A stretch of DNA of 64,000 nt. Source: Macrostomum lignano (Eukaryota). Where the stretch lies: NCBI GenBank assembly GCA_002269645.1, contig NIVC01003156.1, positions 1 through 64,000 on the forward strand, read 5' to 3'. Shown in pieces: positions 26,073 through 38,367 of the stretch (positions within the stretch are counted from its first letter, which is position 1; each line of letters opens with the position of its first letter). Position numbers and translations under genes: made by a program. The notes below the pieces were generated by a model that was not told the origin of the DNA, searched no databases, and was given only the letters and a program-made list of their open reading frames with translations.

Positions 26073-26190
26073 ATTAAATTTGTCTAAACTTCAGTCTGAT
26101 TAAGGCTGCATTTAGTATAAGCATCTGGGACTTGGTTGAACAATTTATTTGAGCAAATGGAGACGAGTTCTTAATCCCATGCAACACTCC

Positions 26191-26487
26191 TCACTTCTCA
26201 GCGCGCACTCGCAGAGTCCTGACTCGATCTTGGATCACCTTGCGCAGTCGCTCTTCCTCTTTGACGTTGATCAGCACCAGCACGTCGTTGTCGGTGACGC
26301 CGCAAGCGTACAGCGATGCGACGTCCTGCAGAACCTCCGCCTTGAAGATCAGCTTCATTTCGGTGACTGTCTCCGGGAACGATCGGATGGCGAGGTGGAC
26401 TCGCTGTTTGAGTTGCAGCACAGAGAACCAAGGCGGGCAGTCAATCAGATAGGCTCGCCTGCCGTGCAGAATTCTAATGCGGATCAT
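26191..26487 (-). CDS. Small intronless ubiquitin-like domain protein (~98 aa), no C-terminal di-Gly
   Basis: MIRIRILHGRRAYLIDC...SVLQLKQRV...MKLIFKAEVLQD...LYACGVTDNDVLVLI follows the ubiquitin beta-grasp pattern (compare ubiquitin RLIFAGKQLED...LSDYNI), followed by a charged helical tail. Confidence 0.75.
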   Translation of the reverse strand: MIRIRILHGRRAYLIDCPPWFSVLQLKQRVHLAIRSFPETVTEMKLIFKAEVLQDVASLYACGVTDNDVLVLINVKEEERLRKVIQDRVRTLRVRAEK

Positions 26488-26682
26488 TGAGTCTTTAAGT
26501 TGATTATTTATAATGATTTTAATCAAAACAAAACATCTATGTTAAACTTTGTCCGATTCTATATCGTTTCTACATCTTTAATCTATAACTGCATGAGCAG
26601 CTGAAGCCATAGACTACGTGCTAACAATTTGGTGTTTCGGCCAAGGTTCAAAAAGGGTCTGCTACTGCACTAGCGTGAGTAG

Positions 26683-26908
26683 TCAGGTAAGGTGACTGAG
26701 GAGGTGTCAGATAAGGAGACTGAAGACGTGGTCAGGTAAGGAGACTGAAGACGTGGTCAGGTAAGGAGACTGCAGAAGTGTCAGGTAAGGAGACTGCAGA
26801 AGTGTCAGGTAAGGAGACTGAAGATGTGTCAGGTAAGGAGACTGAAGAGGTGTCAGGTAAGGAGACTGAAGAGGTGTCAGATAAGGAGACTGAAGAGGTC
26901 AGGTAAGT
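26683..26908. repeat. 24/25-bp minisatellite (tcaggtaaggagactgaagaggtg), ~9 copies
   Basis: Directly visible. Confidence 0.93.
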
Positions 26909-27632
26909 ACAGCCATTTCGGATATTTTCAACACCGAATCGATGAGTCTCGTACATGTTTATCAAGCATTTACATTCACGGTTTTTTTAAAAGAAATGAA
27001 ACTTTTGAGTGCAAAATTTTTCTCAGAAATATGAACGGAGTCTGTGACAGCTAATCCTCTGCATCGATTAAATCCTTTGCAGGTGCGTTAGACGGGAGGT
27101 TGAGCTGCTGAACTAAGTAGGGATTAGAAATCAGATTAAAGCGCACTACCTGCATAATCCCTAGGGATTCGGTAGGGCAGGTATCCATGACGTGCCGCGG
27201 AATGACGCTCTCAGTGATTAGAGTGCTAGATTATCATTATGTACTTGTAGATTATCTGTACCTTTCATAGCGTCACTTTCTCTGCATTAAAATCTAATAG
27301 CAATTAGTTTCTACGTGATAGAAAGGCTTCCTGAGAGAAATATAATAGAGAGGCTTGATGAAATCAGTCAGCTCAGTTAACATCTTGACAACATTTTTCC
27401 CACTTTATACTGTGCACTGCATTTACAAGCTAATGAGCTCAATACTTTAGTTAAACTCTTTTTTGTGCGCAAATTACGATGTACTTTAAATGCCAAGCTA
27501 TAGCAGAATTCATGTAATTGGCATCAATAGAACGTTAATTGACAACCAATTATTGACACTAAATAATGCATTCAACAATTCAGCTCATAGTCAGCTCGTT
27601 ACCTTGGTTCGAGACTAGGAGACAGAAATTAG

Positions 27633-27810
27633 ACTCAGCAACATCGAAAAGTCGCCATCACAGAGGAGGAATTAAGTGGGGGGAGCGGTGTGCGGGGTTG
27701 GACGGATTAAAGCTACCCCGATCAGTTTTCTTGCATCTTTTATTTCAGAAAAAATCAAAGAGAAATTGCTCACAGGCGCATAGAGTGGCGGCTTTTCAAT
27801 GTTGCTGAGT
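27633..27810. mobile_element. MITE, ~178 bp with 25-bp TIRs
   Basis: actcagcaacatcgaaaagtcgcca versus tggcggcttttcaatgttgctgagt; a second copy lies inverted at 51818-51968. Confidence 0.85.
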
Positions 27811-28493
27811 ATAGGTGTCTTTCCGGCTGACACCAAGCCAAACTGCACAGCACCTTAGTCACGATATCCTGTGAACTTCGCTCCATGTTCAAATTCTATT
27901 TACCTTTTCGTCATATATTGGTCAGTTTCGAATCTAGATTCGGCCAAAAACGGATTGGTACCACTGAGTTATTGCTCGAACGGATTTATCTGCACTTTCT
28001 GGGTGTTCATGCAGATCTTCAAAAACATGCAGGGTCGACAGACACCTCACCGCATGAGGTGAGCCGTTTTTAAAGAGTTGGATTGATAAAAAAATTGTAA
28101 TAAGCTAAGGTACAACTGTAGTTGCTCTTAACCATGTAGGTTGTTTAACGCCTAATGTTGTTTAATAATTGCGTTATAATCATTTAAAATTTTTATCATT
28201 GTACTTGTTAACATAAAACGTTTTGTACAACACTTTCTCTTCTATGCGTGACAGAAAATTAGGGTCACAAAATCACACAAAAATTACATTGACAATAAAA
28301 CAATATTAATATTATAAAGTGCTTGACTAATCTGTGCAAAAGTACACATGCTACTCTGTGAAAGAACAACATTAAACTACAAAATTTTCAGACATTTTTC
28401 TGGTGGTTTTTTCATTTTTTCGTGTTTGAGTGTCAGAGAGCATGGACAAGCAAAAGAGGGGGAGCAGATGCATGTAGTTGTCAAAGTTGATCA

Positions 28494-29753
28494 TCAGACA
28501 GTGGTCACGGTGAGCTCAGTGTGCGAAGGTTGATTGTGGTAGTCCTTCTGCTTGATAAGCTGCTGCTGCTGCTGATGCTGCTGCTCTGCTTTTCCTCGAC
28601 TGGTCCTGGTGGCCAGAGCAACAGCCGTCTGCTGCTGACTACGGTGTCTGTACAGGGCCGATTTAATCGACTTGCCTTTGGCCTCGCGAAGTCGTTGAAC
28701 CCGATCCTCAGCGGCCAGGCAGCAGCTGCAGCCGGGGCAGAGTCGATGACAGCGCAGGGCCACCAGCAGCTGGGACACAACAAGCAACGATCGCCGCCTG
28801 AACGAGCGCACGAACACCAGGTACACCCAGAAGTTCAGCACGTAGTTGAAATCCTTCACAGACGAAGTGAATCGAGAGTTGTGCGACAGGAAAGCGGCGT
28901 ACTTGGCGTGCTGCTTCTGGTAGGCCTCGGGCCGGCTCTCGAACACCTGGCGAACGCAGATGCTGACAGCCAGAGGGAGGACCAGAATGCAATAGGCGAT
29001 CGCCAGGGTCAGGTGGGCATAGAACCTGCTCATCTCCATCTGATTGTCGGCAGCTGTTGGCAAGATACTCGCTCTATTGCGTCGAATCACTGTCAGCTTG
29101 GCCACGATCACAACGCCCAGGAGGCAGACAATGACAGACGGCACAACGAACGAACCGAACGTCATGAAGTAGAGCATGACGCGAGACAGGCTCCGGTTGA
29201 CGCCGCTCTGTGCTTGAAGCTCGCACTTGCGCTCAAGCTGGAGACCAATTTTACTAGTGTTCTGCAGTTGAATATCGTGAATGAGAGCCATCGGCAGCAT
29301 CAGAGTCAGGCCGCACAGGTAAGTTAACCCGACAATCAGCAGAGTAGGTTTGATGTAAAAATGTGACATAAACTGTAACGGCCGGAATATGGTCAGCGTG
29401 CGGTCCAGACTGAATATGATGAGCAGATAAGACGAAGTGAAGTAGGCCACGCTGGGAATGTACTCCATCAGTTTACAGGTGACGCTGGATATAGTGTCAA
29501 TCTTGATAAGAATTGCTCCGCCAGACGCGTACCAGAGTCCCCGGCCAAGAAAGTCGTCCAGAAACGTGTTAAAAATCAGCGCAAACGTGTCCGAGACGGC
29601 TATAGCGATGCCATACACGGCGAACCGGGTCCAGCGACGGCTTCCAGCATTTTCCAGCAGGAATATGGCCATTGTTGTCACGTTGCCAAGCAGTCCGAAA
29701 AGTACAACGCCAGGCATGACGTAACCGCGAAGTATGCCAACTGCATCGTCCAT
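28494..29753 (-). CDS. Class A (rhodopsin-like) GPCR, peptide-receptor-like, intronless CDS (~419 aa; the N-terminus may extend)
   Basis: Seven hydrophobic segments; GLLGN (TM1), IAVSD (TM2), C in TM3, DRT in place of DRY, NFWVY...FR in TM7/helix 8. Confidence 0.9.
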   Translation of the reverse strand: MDDAVGILRGYVMPGVVLFGLLGNVTTMAIFLLENAGSRRWTRFAVYGIAIAVSDTFALIFNTFLDDFLGRGLWYASGGAILIKIDTISSVTCKLMEYIPSVAYFTSSYLLIIFSLDRTLTIFRPLQFMSHFYIKPTLLIVGLTYLCGLTLMLPMALIHDIQLQNTSKIGLQLERKCELQAQSGVNRSLSRVMLYFMTFGSFVVPSVIVCLLGVVIVAKLTVIRRNRASILPTAADNQMEMSRFYAHLTLAIAYCILVLPLAVSICVRQVFESRPEAYQKQHAKYAAFLSHNSRFTSSVKDFNYVLNFWVYLVFVRSFRRRSLLVVSQLLVALRCHRLCPGCSCCLAAEDRVQRLREAKGKSIKSALYRHRSQQQTAVALATRTSRGKAEQQHQQQQQLIKQKDYHNQPSHTELTVTTV

Positions 29754-30566
29754 AATGATGTAGTGATCTCTATCAAACAAACGTTCCCTGTTTGCGCAAG
29801 AAGATTTTTAGGTCAGACAGTCAGCCGCATCCGCGATATTTAGGTTTCATTCTCGGATAAGCAAAGAAATTTGGGTGGGCAGAAGCCCGTCAACCAATAG
29901 GAGAGAAACTGCTCACTCATAGCTCAGTTTGGGCCCTGCCGGAGAAGAATTCGAAATTACTGATTGCCGTCCTGTTTCCAGCCTGTGCGCCAGCAAGTGA
30001 CAAACTGGATTTCCCGCCCCCCCCCCCCCCCGACTGGGGATGCGCTCTCCAGCTCTGTCAGCGCAGCGTCAGTCACTGCAACTTGCATCCTTCTGCGCTT
30101 AGTTTATGGGAAACGCAATTTGTCAAACTCATTCCCCATCTAGGCTGGCTCTCAGCAGCTCCCCTCAACCCTTAGTTGGTCCTCAAGCCGAAAATGCTTT
30201 CTTTGCTCATACCAGAGATTGGGATTTCCTCCCATGCTAGGGCGCGTCGCTTTACAAGTTACCACGAGGCTCTCAAGCTGTGGCTGAAGACTCCCGCTTG
30301 AGTCTCTGCGGCATCCAGCGGCCGCCCGCCCAAGGAAAGGCAGAGTGGCTCAAAGAGCTTCACTGTGGCATTCTGCTGATGGCCTTCTTATCCGGGCTTC
30401 CTCATCTGCGAAAGAGGCATCAGGGAGCAGAAGTAATACCCTTAATCTCAGCTTGTCTAGGAAGCCAAAACCAAAATCCCTTTTTATAACCCCATTCTGG
30501 GCAAAAATCCCCGTGTGTCTTTCGTAGTTTTGTAGCATGTTTATCAACAAAAAATCCCCTCATGCC

Positions 30567-31056
<490 letters not shown>

Positions 31057-31423
31057 AGCAGCTGAGGCAGGCAGTGAAATCATGCCGCAGGGGAGGCAGC
31101 CGCGGGGGTAATTAAGTTAACACGGGGCCCACATCCCAGCCAGTTACCTCTCGCCCAAAGCCTTCCCGTAAATTTTCCCCCGTCCGGGCACTCAGCCCCC
31201 CCTCCCCCCTCATCCCCAGTTTCGCGTGTCTTGCCAGATTTTTCGGTCCATTTTGAGTGCAGCTTATTTAATAAAAAATTGTAGGCAGCCTGTCATGCTC
31301 TGCAGTGGCTCTGGCAGGCAAGAGTACGAAGAATAACAGGGGGCCACATTTACAACGAAACGGCCCTGATGGCTCATAAGTCTGGCAAAGAAGTTACAGC
31401 TTGTAAATCATAATATTTACCAG

Positions 31424-32550
31424 CAATGGAATTCCCTACAGATAACTGCGGCATTCCCCACAATCAGAAGTAGAATTCCCTACAATCAACACTAGAATTG
31501 CCTACAATCAACAATAGAATTGCCTACAATCAACAATAGAATTGCCTACAATCAACAATAGAATTCCCTACAATCAACACTAGAATTGCCTACAATCAAC
31601 AATAGAATTGCCTACAATCAACAATAGAATTGCCTACAATCAACACAAGAATTGCCTACAATCAACACTAGAATTGCCTACAATCAACAATAGAATTGCC
31701 TACAATCAACACTAGAATTGCCTACAATCAACAATAGAATTGCCTACAATCAACAATAGAATTCCCTACAATCAACAATAGAATTCTCTACAATCAACAC
31801 TAGAATTGCCTACAATCAACAATAGAATTGCCTACAATCAACAATAGAATTCCCCACAATCAACAATAGAATTCCCCACAATCAACAATGGAATTCCCCA
31901 CAATGAACACTAGAATTCCCCACAATCAACAATAGAATTCCCCACAATCAACAATAGAATTCCCACAATCAAAAATGGAATTCCCTACAATCAACAATGG
32001 AACTTCCTACAATCAACAATGGAATTCCCCACAATCAACAATGGAATTCCCCACAATGAACACTAGAATTCCCCACAATCAACAATAGAATTCCCTACAA
32101 TCAACAATAGAATTCCCTACAATCAACAATGGAATTCCCTACAATCAACAATAGAATTCCCTACAATCAACAATGGAATTCCCTACAATCAACAATAGAA
32201 TTCCCTACAATCAACAATGGAATTCCCTACAATCAACAATGGAACTTCCTACAATCAACAATAGAATTCCCTACAATCAACAATAGAATTCCCTACAATC
32301 AACAATGGAATTCCCTACAATCAACAATAGAATTCCCTACAATCAACAATAGAATTCCCTACAATCAACAATGGAATTCCCTACAATCAACAATGGAACT
32401 TCCTACAATCAACAATAGAATTCCCTACAATCAACAATAGAATTCCCCACAATCAACAATAGAATTCTCTACAATCAACAATAGAATTCCCCACAATTAA
32501 CAATAGAATTCTCTACAATCAACAATAGAATTCCCCACAATTAACACCAG
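31424..32550. repeat. 22-bp minisatellite (agaattccctacaatcaacaat)
   Basis: Directly visible, with variant blocks (ttgcc / ttccc / ttcccc). Confidence 0.96.
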
Positions 32551-33146
32551 AATTCGCTCAATTAGTAGAATTTTCCTAGTGATGTGAGAATTTCAAATAA
32601 ACTACTTATTAAAACTTCTCCTTATTCAGATAACTACCCTCTGTAAGAAATACTCCGGAGAACTGAATGCAATGCGAATCCTAGGAAAATAACCGAGTTT
32701 AAGGAGATCAATTTTGCATTTCTTTTTTCCGCTTCAAACAAGAAGTTACACGCCGAATACTTTTCAACGAAATTGCTTTTAGGCTTCCTGGAGGCAGTTT
32801 TCCACAGGAAATTGCATCTTTTGAGAGTCTGCGGTTTTAGATTGCGGGCCTGAGCTCGAGTTCAATTTCCTTTACTAGAAACAGGTAAAAACTGTGATTG
32901 AGAAGCAGCTGCAGAACCCATTCATTATTCTTGTATCTACAGTTTGTCCTGCATTCGGTGTCTCGGGGTGAGGTGCAAGGTTCGTGTCCTTCATTCTTGC
33001 ATTCTTTGTGTTCTAAAACTTTTCCTATTAACTTTTTCTTATTTGATTCGAATTGGTCACTCGTAAACAACCATAAGTGAGACGCCGCTGTGTGGGTTTG
33101 ATTATGCGCAATTATTTAGGATTGTTGCACAAAAACTTTACTGCAG

Positions 33147-33212
33147 GGACAGACAGACAAACAAACATGGACAGACAGGCAGACAGACAGACAGACAGAC
33201 AGACAGACAGTC

Positions 33213-33293
<81 letters not shown>

Positions 33294-33296
33294 GTC

Positions 33297-33333
<37 letters not shown>

Positions 33334-33336
33334 GTC

Positions 33337-33417
<81 letters not shown>

Positions 33418-33447
33418 TGGACAGACAGACATGGACAGACAGACATG

Positions 33448-33503
<56 letters not shown>

Positions 33504-33506
33504 GTC

Positions 33507-33543
<37 letters not shown>

Positions 33544-33546
33544 GTC

Positions 33547-33607
<61 letters not shown>

Positions 33608-33637
33608 TGGACAGACAGACATGGACAGACAGACATG

Positions 33638-33725
<88 letters not shown>

Positions 33726-33820
33726 TGGACAGACAGACATGGACAGACAGACATGGACAGACAGACATGGACAGACAGACATGGACAGACAGACATGGAC
33801 AGACAGACAGACAGACAGAC
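33147..33820. repeat. (CAGA)n microsatellite with catgga interruptions
   Basis: Directly visible. Confidence 0.98.
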
Positions 33821-34799
33821 TAGAACTCTGAGACAAATAAATTCACTGGTGAAATTATTTAATTAACACAGAGAGGGAGACAAAAGTGAGACGGATTGCA
33901 ATCAGCCGGTAGAAATCGAGTGAATGATGAAGACAGATCGACTAAAATTAAAAGCAGCCTGCAGAAACAGAATTGGTATACTCCATGGCTAATGGACTCA
34001 TGCGAAGTTAGGTAGAGAGAACCTCACATTGGGAGCTGAGCTTTCTCAGCTCAGAGATGGAGTGCAGCTTCACTTGCCACAGGAACAGCCAGAAGAGCCT
34101 CCCTGCTCTTTCGTTGGCTTGCGTCGATTAACTTTCCTTCCTTTTTCTCCCGCTTGTCTCAATCTCGGGAATCTCCCAAAGATGATGGCCGTGCAGTGAT
34201 GGAGATTAGCTATGTAAAGTCCAAGCAGACTTATAGATGCAGGGGGGTGCGAAGAAGCTGAGCGCAGAGATTTGCATTTGCTGGCTGGGCTGGGCAATGC
34301 GGGGATAAAGCGCCTTCACTTTCTAGGAATTTGGCGGCGATATTAGTGACGAATTGTCGCACACTCTGGTTGGAGACAGAAGTGCAAGGCAGACAGACGT
34401 CCCGAAAACGCACAAGTTGCAATTGTGTACTTTGTTAATTAGACATATTCTGTTTTGAAAGGCTGAGGTAATTGGCTCTGTCAGAATAACTTGGCGTTTT
34501 AAAATAGGGCTAAGATGGGATGCCTAGGGGGGGGGGGGCTCAGCTGATTTTGGCGTTACGACCCCCCGTGCGAGGCTGTATTCATTTGGGGCTTGTCCTA
34601 GAAAATTGGTCATGGGGGATTGTCGTGCCAATCACACACCCATGAAAAAGTCAATCCCCAAGGCACAGGAGTGTACATGCCTGGTGATTAGAAATTCAGG
34701 TACCTGCGCGTACAGAATTGGCGCGATTGTGTGCTCATGCATCAGCGGAATGGGCAGAACTGGCTCAGCGCTTGGTGTGAGGCGATGTTGCCGAAGACA

Positions 34800-35660
34800 C
34801 TCAGCCCAGCCCCAGCCAAACCCACCAACCCCAAAAAGTCTGTCCATCCTCACCCCCAGCCAAACCCACCACTCCAAAAAGTCCATTCATCCCCACCCCC
34901 AGCCAACCCACCACCCCCAAAAAGTCTGTCCATCCTCACCCCCAGAAAAACCCACCACCCCAAAAAGTCAAAATTCATCCACACCCCAGCCAACCCACCA
35001 CCCCCAAAAAGTCTGTCCATCCTCACCCCCAGCCAAACTCACCACCCCCAAAAAGTCTGTCCATCCTCACCCCCAGCCAAACCCACCACCCCAAAAAGTC
35101 AATTAATTCATCCACACCCCCAGCCAAACCCACCACCCCCAAAAAGTCTGTCCATCCTCACCCCCAGCCAAACCCACCACCCCAAAAAGTCAATTAATTC
35201 ATCCACACCCCAGCCAAACCCACCACCCCAAAAAGTCTGTCCATCCTCACCCCCAGCCAAACCCACCACCCCAAAAAGTCTATTAATTCATCCACACCCC
35301 AGCCAAACCCACCACCCAAAAAGTCCACTCATCCACACCCTAAAAATTCCATTCATCCACACCCCAGCCAAACCCACCACCTCAAAAAGTCCATTCATCT
35401 ACATGCACACCTCTAGCCAAAACCCACCAACCCCAAAAAGTCAATTCATCCACACCCCAGCCAAACCCACCACCCTAAAAAGTCCATTCATCCACACCCC
35501 AGCCAAACCCACCACCCCAAAAAGTCCATTCATCCCCACCCCCAGCCAACCCACCACCCCCAAAAAGTCTGTCCATCCTCACCCCCAGCCAAACCCACCT
35601 CCCCAAAAAGTCAATTCATCCTTCCACACCCCAGCCAAACCCACCTGCCCATAAAGTCAA
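34800..35660. repeat. C/A-rich minisatellite (ccccagccaaacccaccaccccaaaaagtc...)
   Basis: Directly visible; gives Pro-rich spurious ORFs. Confidence 0.92.
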
Positions 35661-36354
35661 TCCCTTTGCACCCCGAATCAAACCCACCTCTCCAAAAGTC
35701 AACCCCTCCACATCCGAGCCAAAGCCAGCACCCCATAAGTCGGCCCCACCACACCCTCAGCCAAACCCACCAACCCCAAAGAGTCAAAATATCTCCTAAC
35801 AGGCCTATGCTAAAAAAAACCAATGCTGCCAGCTCCAAGGCAGATTTCAGAGATTCATCAAATCGGTCACTGTATCAAACTCGGCTTCGATTTTTCTAAA
35901 CATGAATTAGGTGACATTGCAATGGGATTGCCTGAGGTTAAAGAATTTCCGACTAATCTTCTAACCCCGTACGCTAGTCTAAAATGAGATACAGTGTCAT
36001 TAAATCGGAGTTTGATGCGGAATAATAAAATGTACTGAGCACTTCACAATCGGCAGATCATAGCATATAAGAGGTATATCATGCAAATTAAGGCCTTCAG
36101 GCGGTTCTTCTATTCTCTCTTCCCATTGCTAGAAAATTGGAAAGAGATGCTAATTATATGAGTGCAGATGCATCGAATTCATCCGAGTTCAGGTGACCTT
36201 ACTAGAGTCTTCTATCTCGAAAATTTAATTCTTCCATTGTTTTTTTAATAATAGGTGAAATAGATAAATATTTCGGTCAATAGAAATAGAAAAAAATTGG
36301 TCATACAGTTGGTTGTACAGTTTGTCATGTAGTCAGCCATGTACTTCACCTAAG

Positions 36355-36892
36355 AGTTAGTCAGAGTGAGTCATAGAGTTAGCCACAGAGTTAGTCATAG
36401 AGTTAGTCATAGAGTTAGTCATAGAGTTAGTCATAGAGTTAGTCATACAGTTAGTCATGGAGTTAGTCATGGAGTTAGTCATAGAGTTAGTCATAGAGTT
36501 AGTCATGGAGTTAGTCATGGAGTTAGTCATAGAGTTAGTCATGGAGTTAGTCATAGAGTTAGTCATAGAGTTAGTCATACAGTTAGTCATGGAGTTAGTC
36601 ATAGAGTTAGTCATAGAGTTAGTCATAGAGTTAGTCATAGAGTTAGTCATAGAGTTAGTCATACAGTTAGTCATTGATTTATTCATTGAGTTAGTCATTG
36701 AGTTAGTCATAGAGTTAGTCATAGAGTTAGTCATAGAGTTAGTCATAGAGTTAGTCATAGAGTTAGTCATAGAGTTAGTCATACAGTTAGTCATTGAGTT
36801 ATTCATTGAGTTAGTCATTGAGTTAGTCATACAGTTAGTCATAGAGTTAGTCATAGAGTTAGTCATACAGTTAGTCATACAGTTAGTCATAG
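36355..36892. repeat. 12-bp minisatellite (agagttagtcat)
   Basis: Directly visible. Confidence 0.97.
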
Positions 36893-37362
36893 ATCGAGGT
36901 ACGAGGTCACAGAATTATTCATAGCGTACTTCATAGAATTAGTACACCCTGGTGTAATCAATGCTCCTTAATCTCTGCAACCAGGCTACCGCATATAGTA
37001 CAATAATAATTCCTAACTGTCATAAGAGCCATCTACTTTTTATATCTCCCACAATAAAATGGCGTACTTTAATGACCCTAGGTTTTCATAAGCCATTTCT
37101 TACAAAGTAATATAACTGTTTTTTGTCGACATTTTACCAGTTCCGTTTAAATTAAGAGTTGTATATCAGTATATTATTATTAATTTTGTGACCTTTCGCA
37201 CACTGCAAAGTTACGAAATAGGTATTGAGACTTTTTTAAACTCATTTCCGCATATTTAGCAATAATTTCAATACGGGTCCCTAGCCACTGCTTCTTCCAA
37301 ACAGTAGTCTGATAAGAATATTTAGAAAATCGTTTTATTAAGACTTTTTGCTTGGGGCGCAA

Positions 37363-37900
37363 GGGGCGCCAGCACCAGGGGCGCCAGCACCAGGGGCGCC
37401 AGCACCAGGGGCGCCAGCACCAGGGGCGCCAGCACCAGGGGCGCCAGCACCAGGGGCGCCAGCACCAGGGGCGCCAGCACCAGTGGCGCCAGCACCAGGG
37501 GCGCCAGCACCAGGGGCGCCAGCACCAGGGGCGCCAGCACCAGGGGCGCCAGCACCAGGGGCGCCAGCACCAGGGGCGCCAGCACCAGGGGCGCCAGCAC
37601 CAGGGGCGCCAGCACCAGGGGCGCGCCAGCACCAGGGGCGCCAGCACCAGGGGCGCCAGCACCAGGGGCGCCAGCACCAGGGGCGCCAGCACCAGGGGCG
37701 CCAGCACCAGGGGCGCCAGCAACAGGGGCGCCAGAAACAGGGGCGCCAGCAACAGGGGCGCCAGAAACAGGGGCGCCAGCAACAGGGGCGCCAGCAACAG
37801 GGGCGCCAGCACCAGGGGCGCCAGCACCAGGGGCGCCAGCACCAGGGGCGCCAGCACCAGGGGCGCCAGCACCAGGGGTGCCAGCACCAGGGGCGCCAGC
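37363..37900. repeat. 15-bp GC-rich minisatellite (ggggcgccagcacca)
   Basis: Directly visible. Confidence 0.97.
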
Positions 37901-38367
37901 CGTTGATTTCCTAGAGCCCTAGCGTCAAGGTCGGTGACTCCCCCTGCCACCCCGACGCAGTCAGTAGCCCAGGCGGTTCTGTACTTTACCAAATTTTGTA
38001 TACAAACATATTTAGCATTAGAATTCACTAGACAAAAGCATGCAAACTTTCGGAAAATAACTGCAGACAGTTCTTCCTACTAAAAAAGTAGTATGATATG
38101 AATAGCACTATAGCACAGTGCAGGTTTGCAGCTTTAAATTTAAATGTTAGCTACTTTGTCCAATTTAGAATTAAATGGCATTAACTGCACCTCATTCAAG
38201 TGCGTATGCATTGAGCTTTCCGCGTCAAAAAATTGCATTGACTCAAAGATGAAAGTTGAACGTGTCGTTTACATCTCGGTAGGAACACATCGAATCGACC
38301 GAATTTAAACAAAGAATTTTGAATTTTTATTAGGATTTTTCTGTTCAGTAAAGCTACTTCAATTATG

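Noticed and set aside
28820-28870. Opsin-type retinal-binding Lys in TM7 of the GPCRs
   Set aside because: The Lys is 7 residues before the TM7 Asn, whereas in opsins it is 6, and other opsin motifs (NPxxY, the typical post-TM7 triad) are absent.
37180-38028. Elastin- or collagen-like GAPAP / GRQHQ / LVLAP ORFs
   Set aside because: A 15-bp repeat open in most frames; a 2-nt slip mid-array changes the peptide; no splice or start context.
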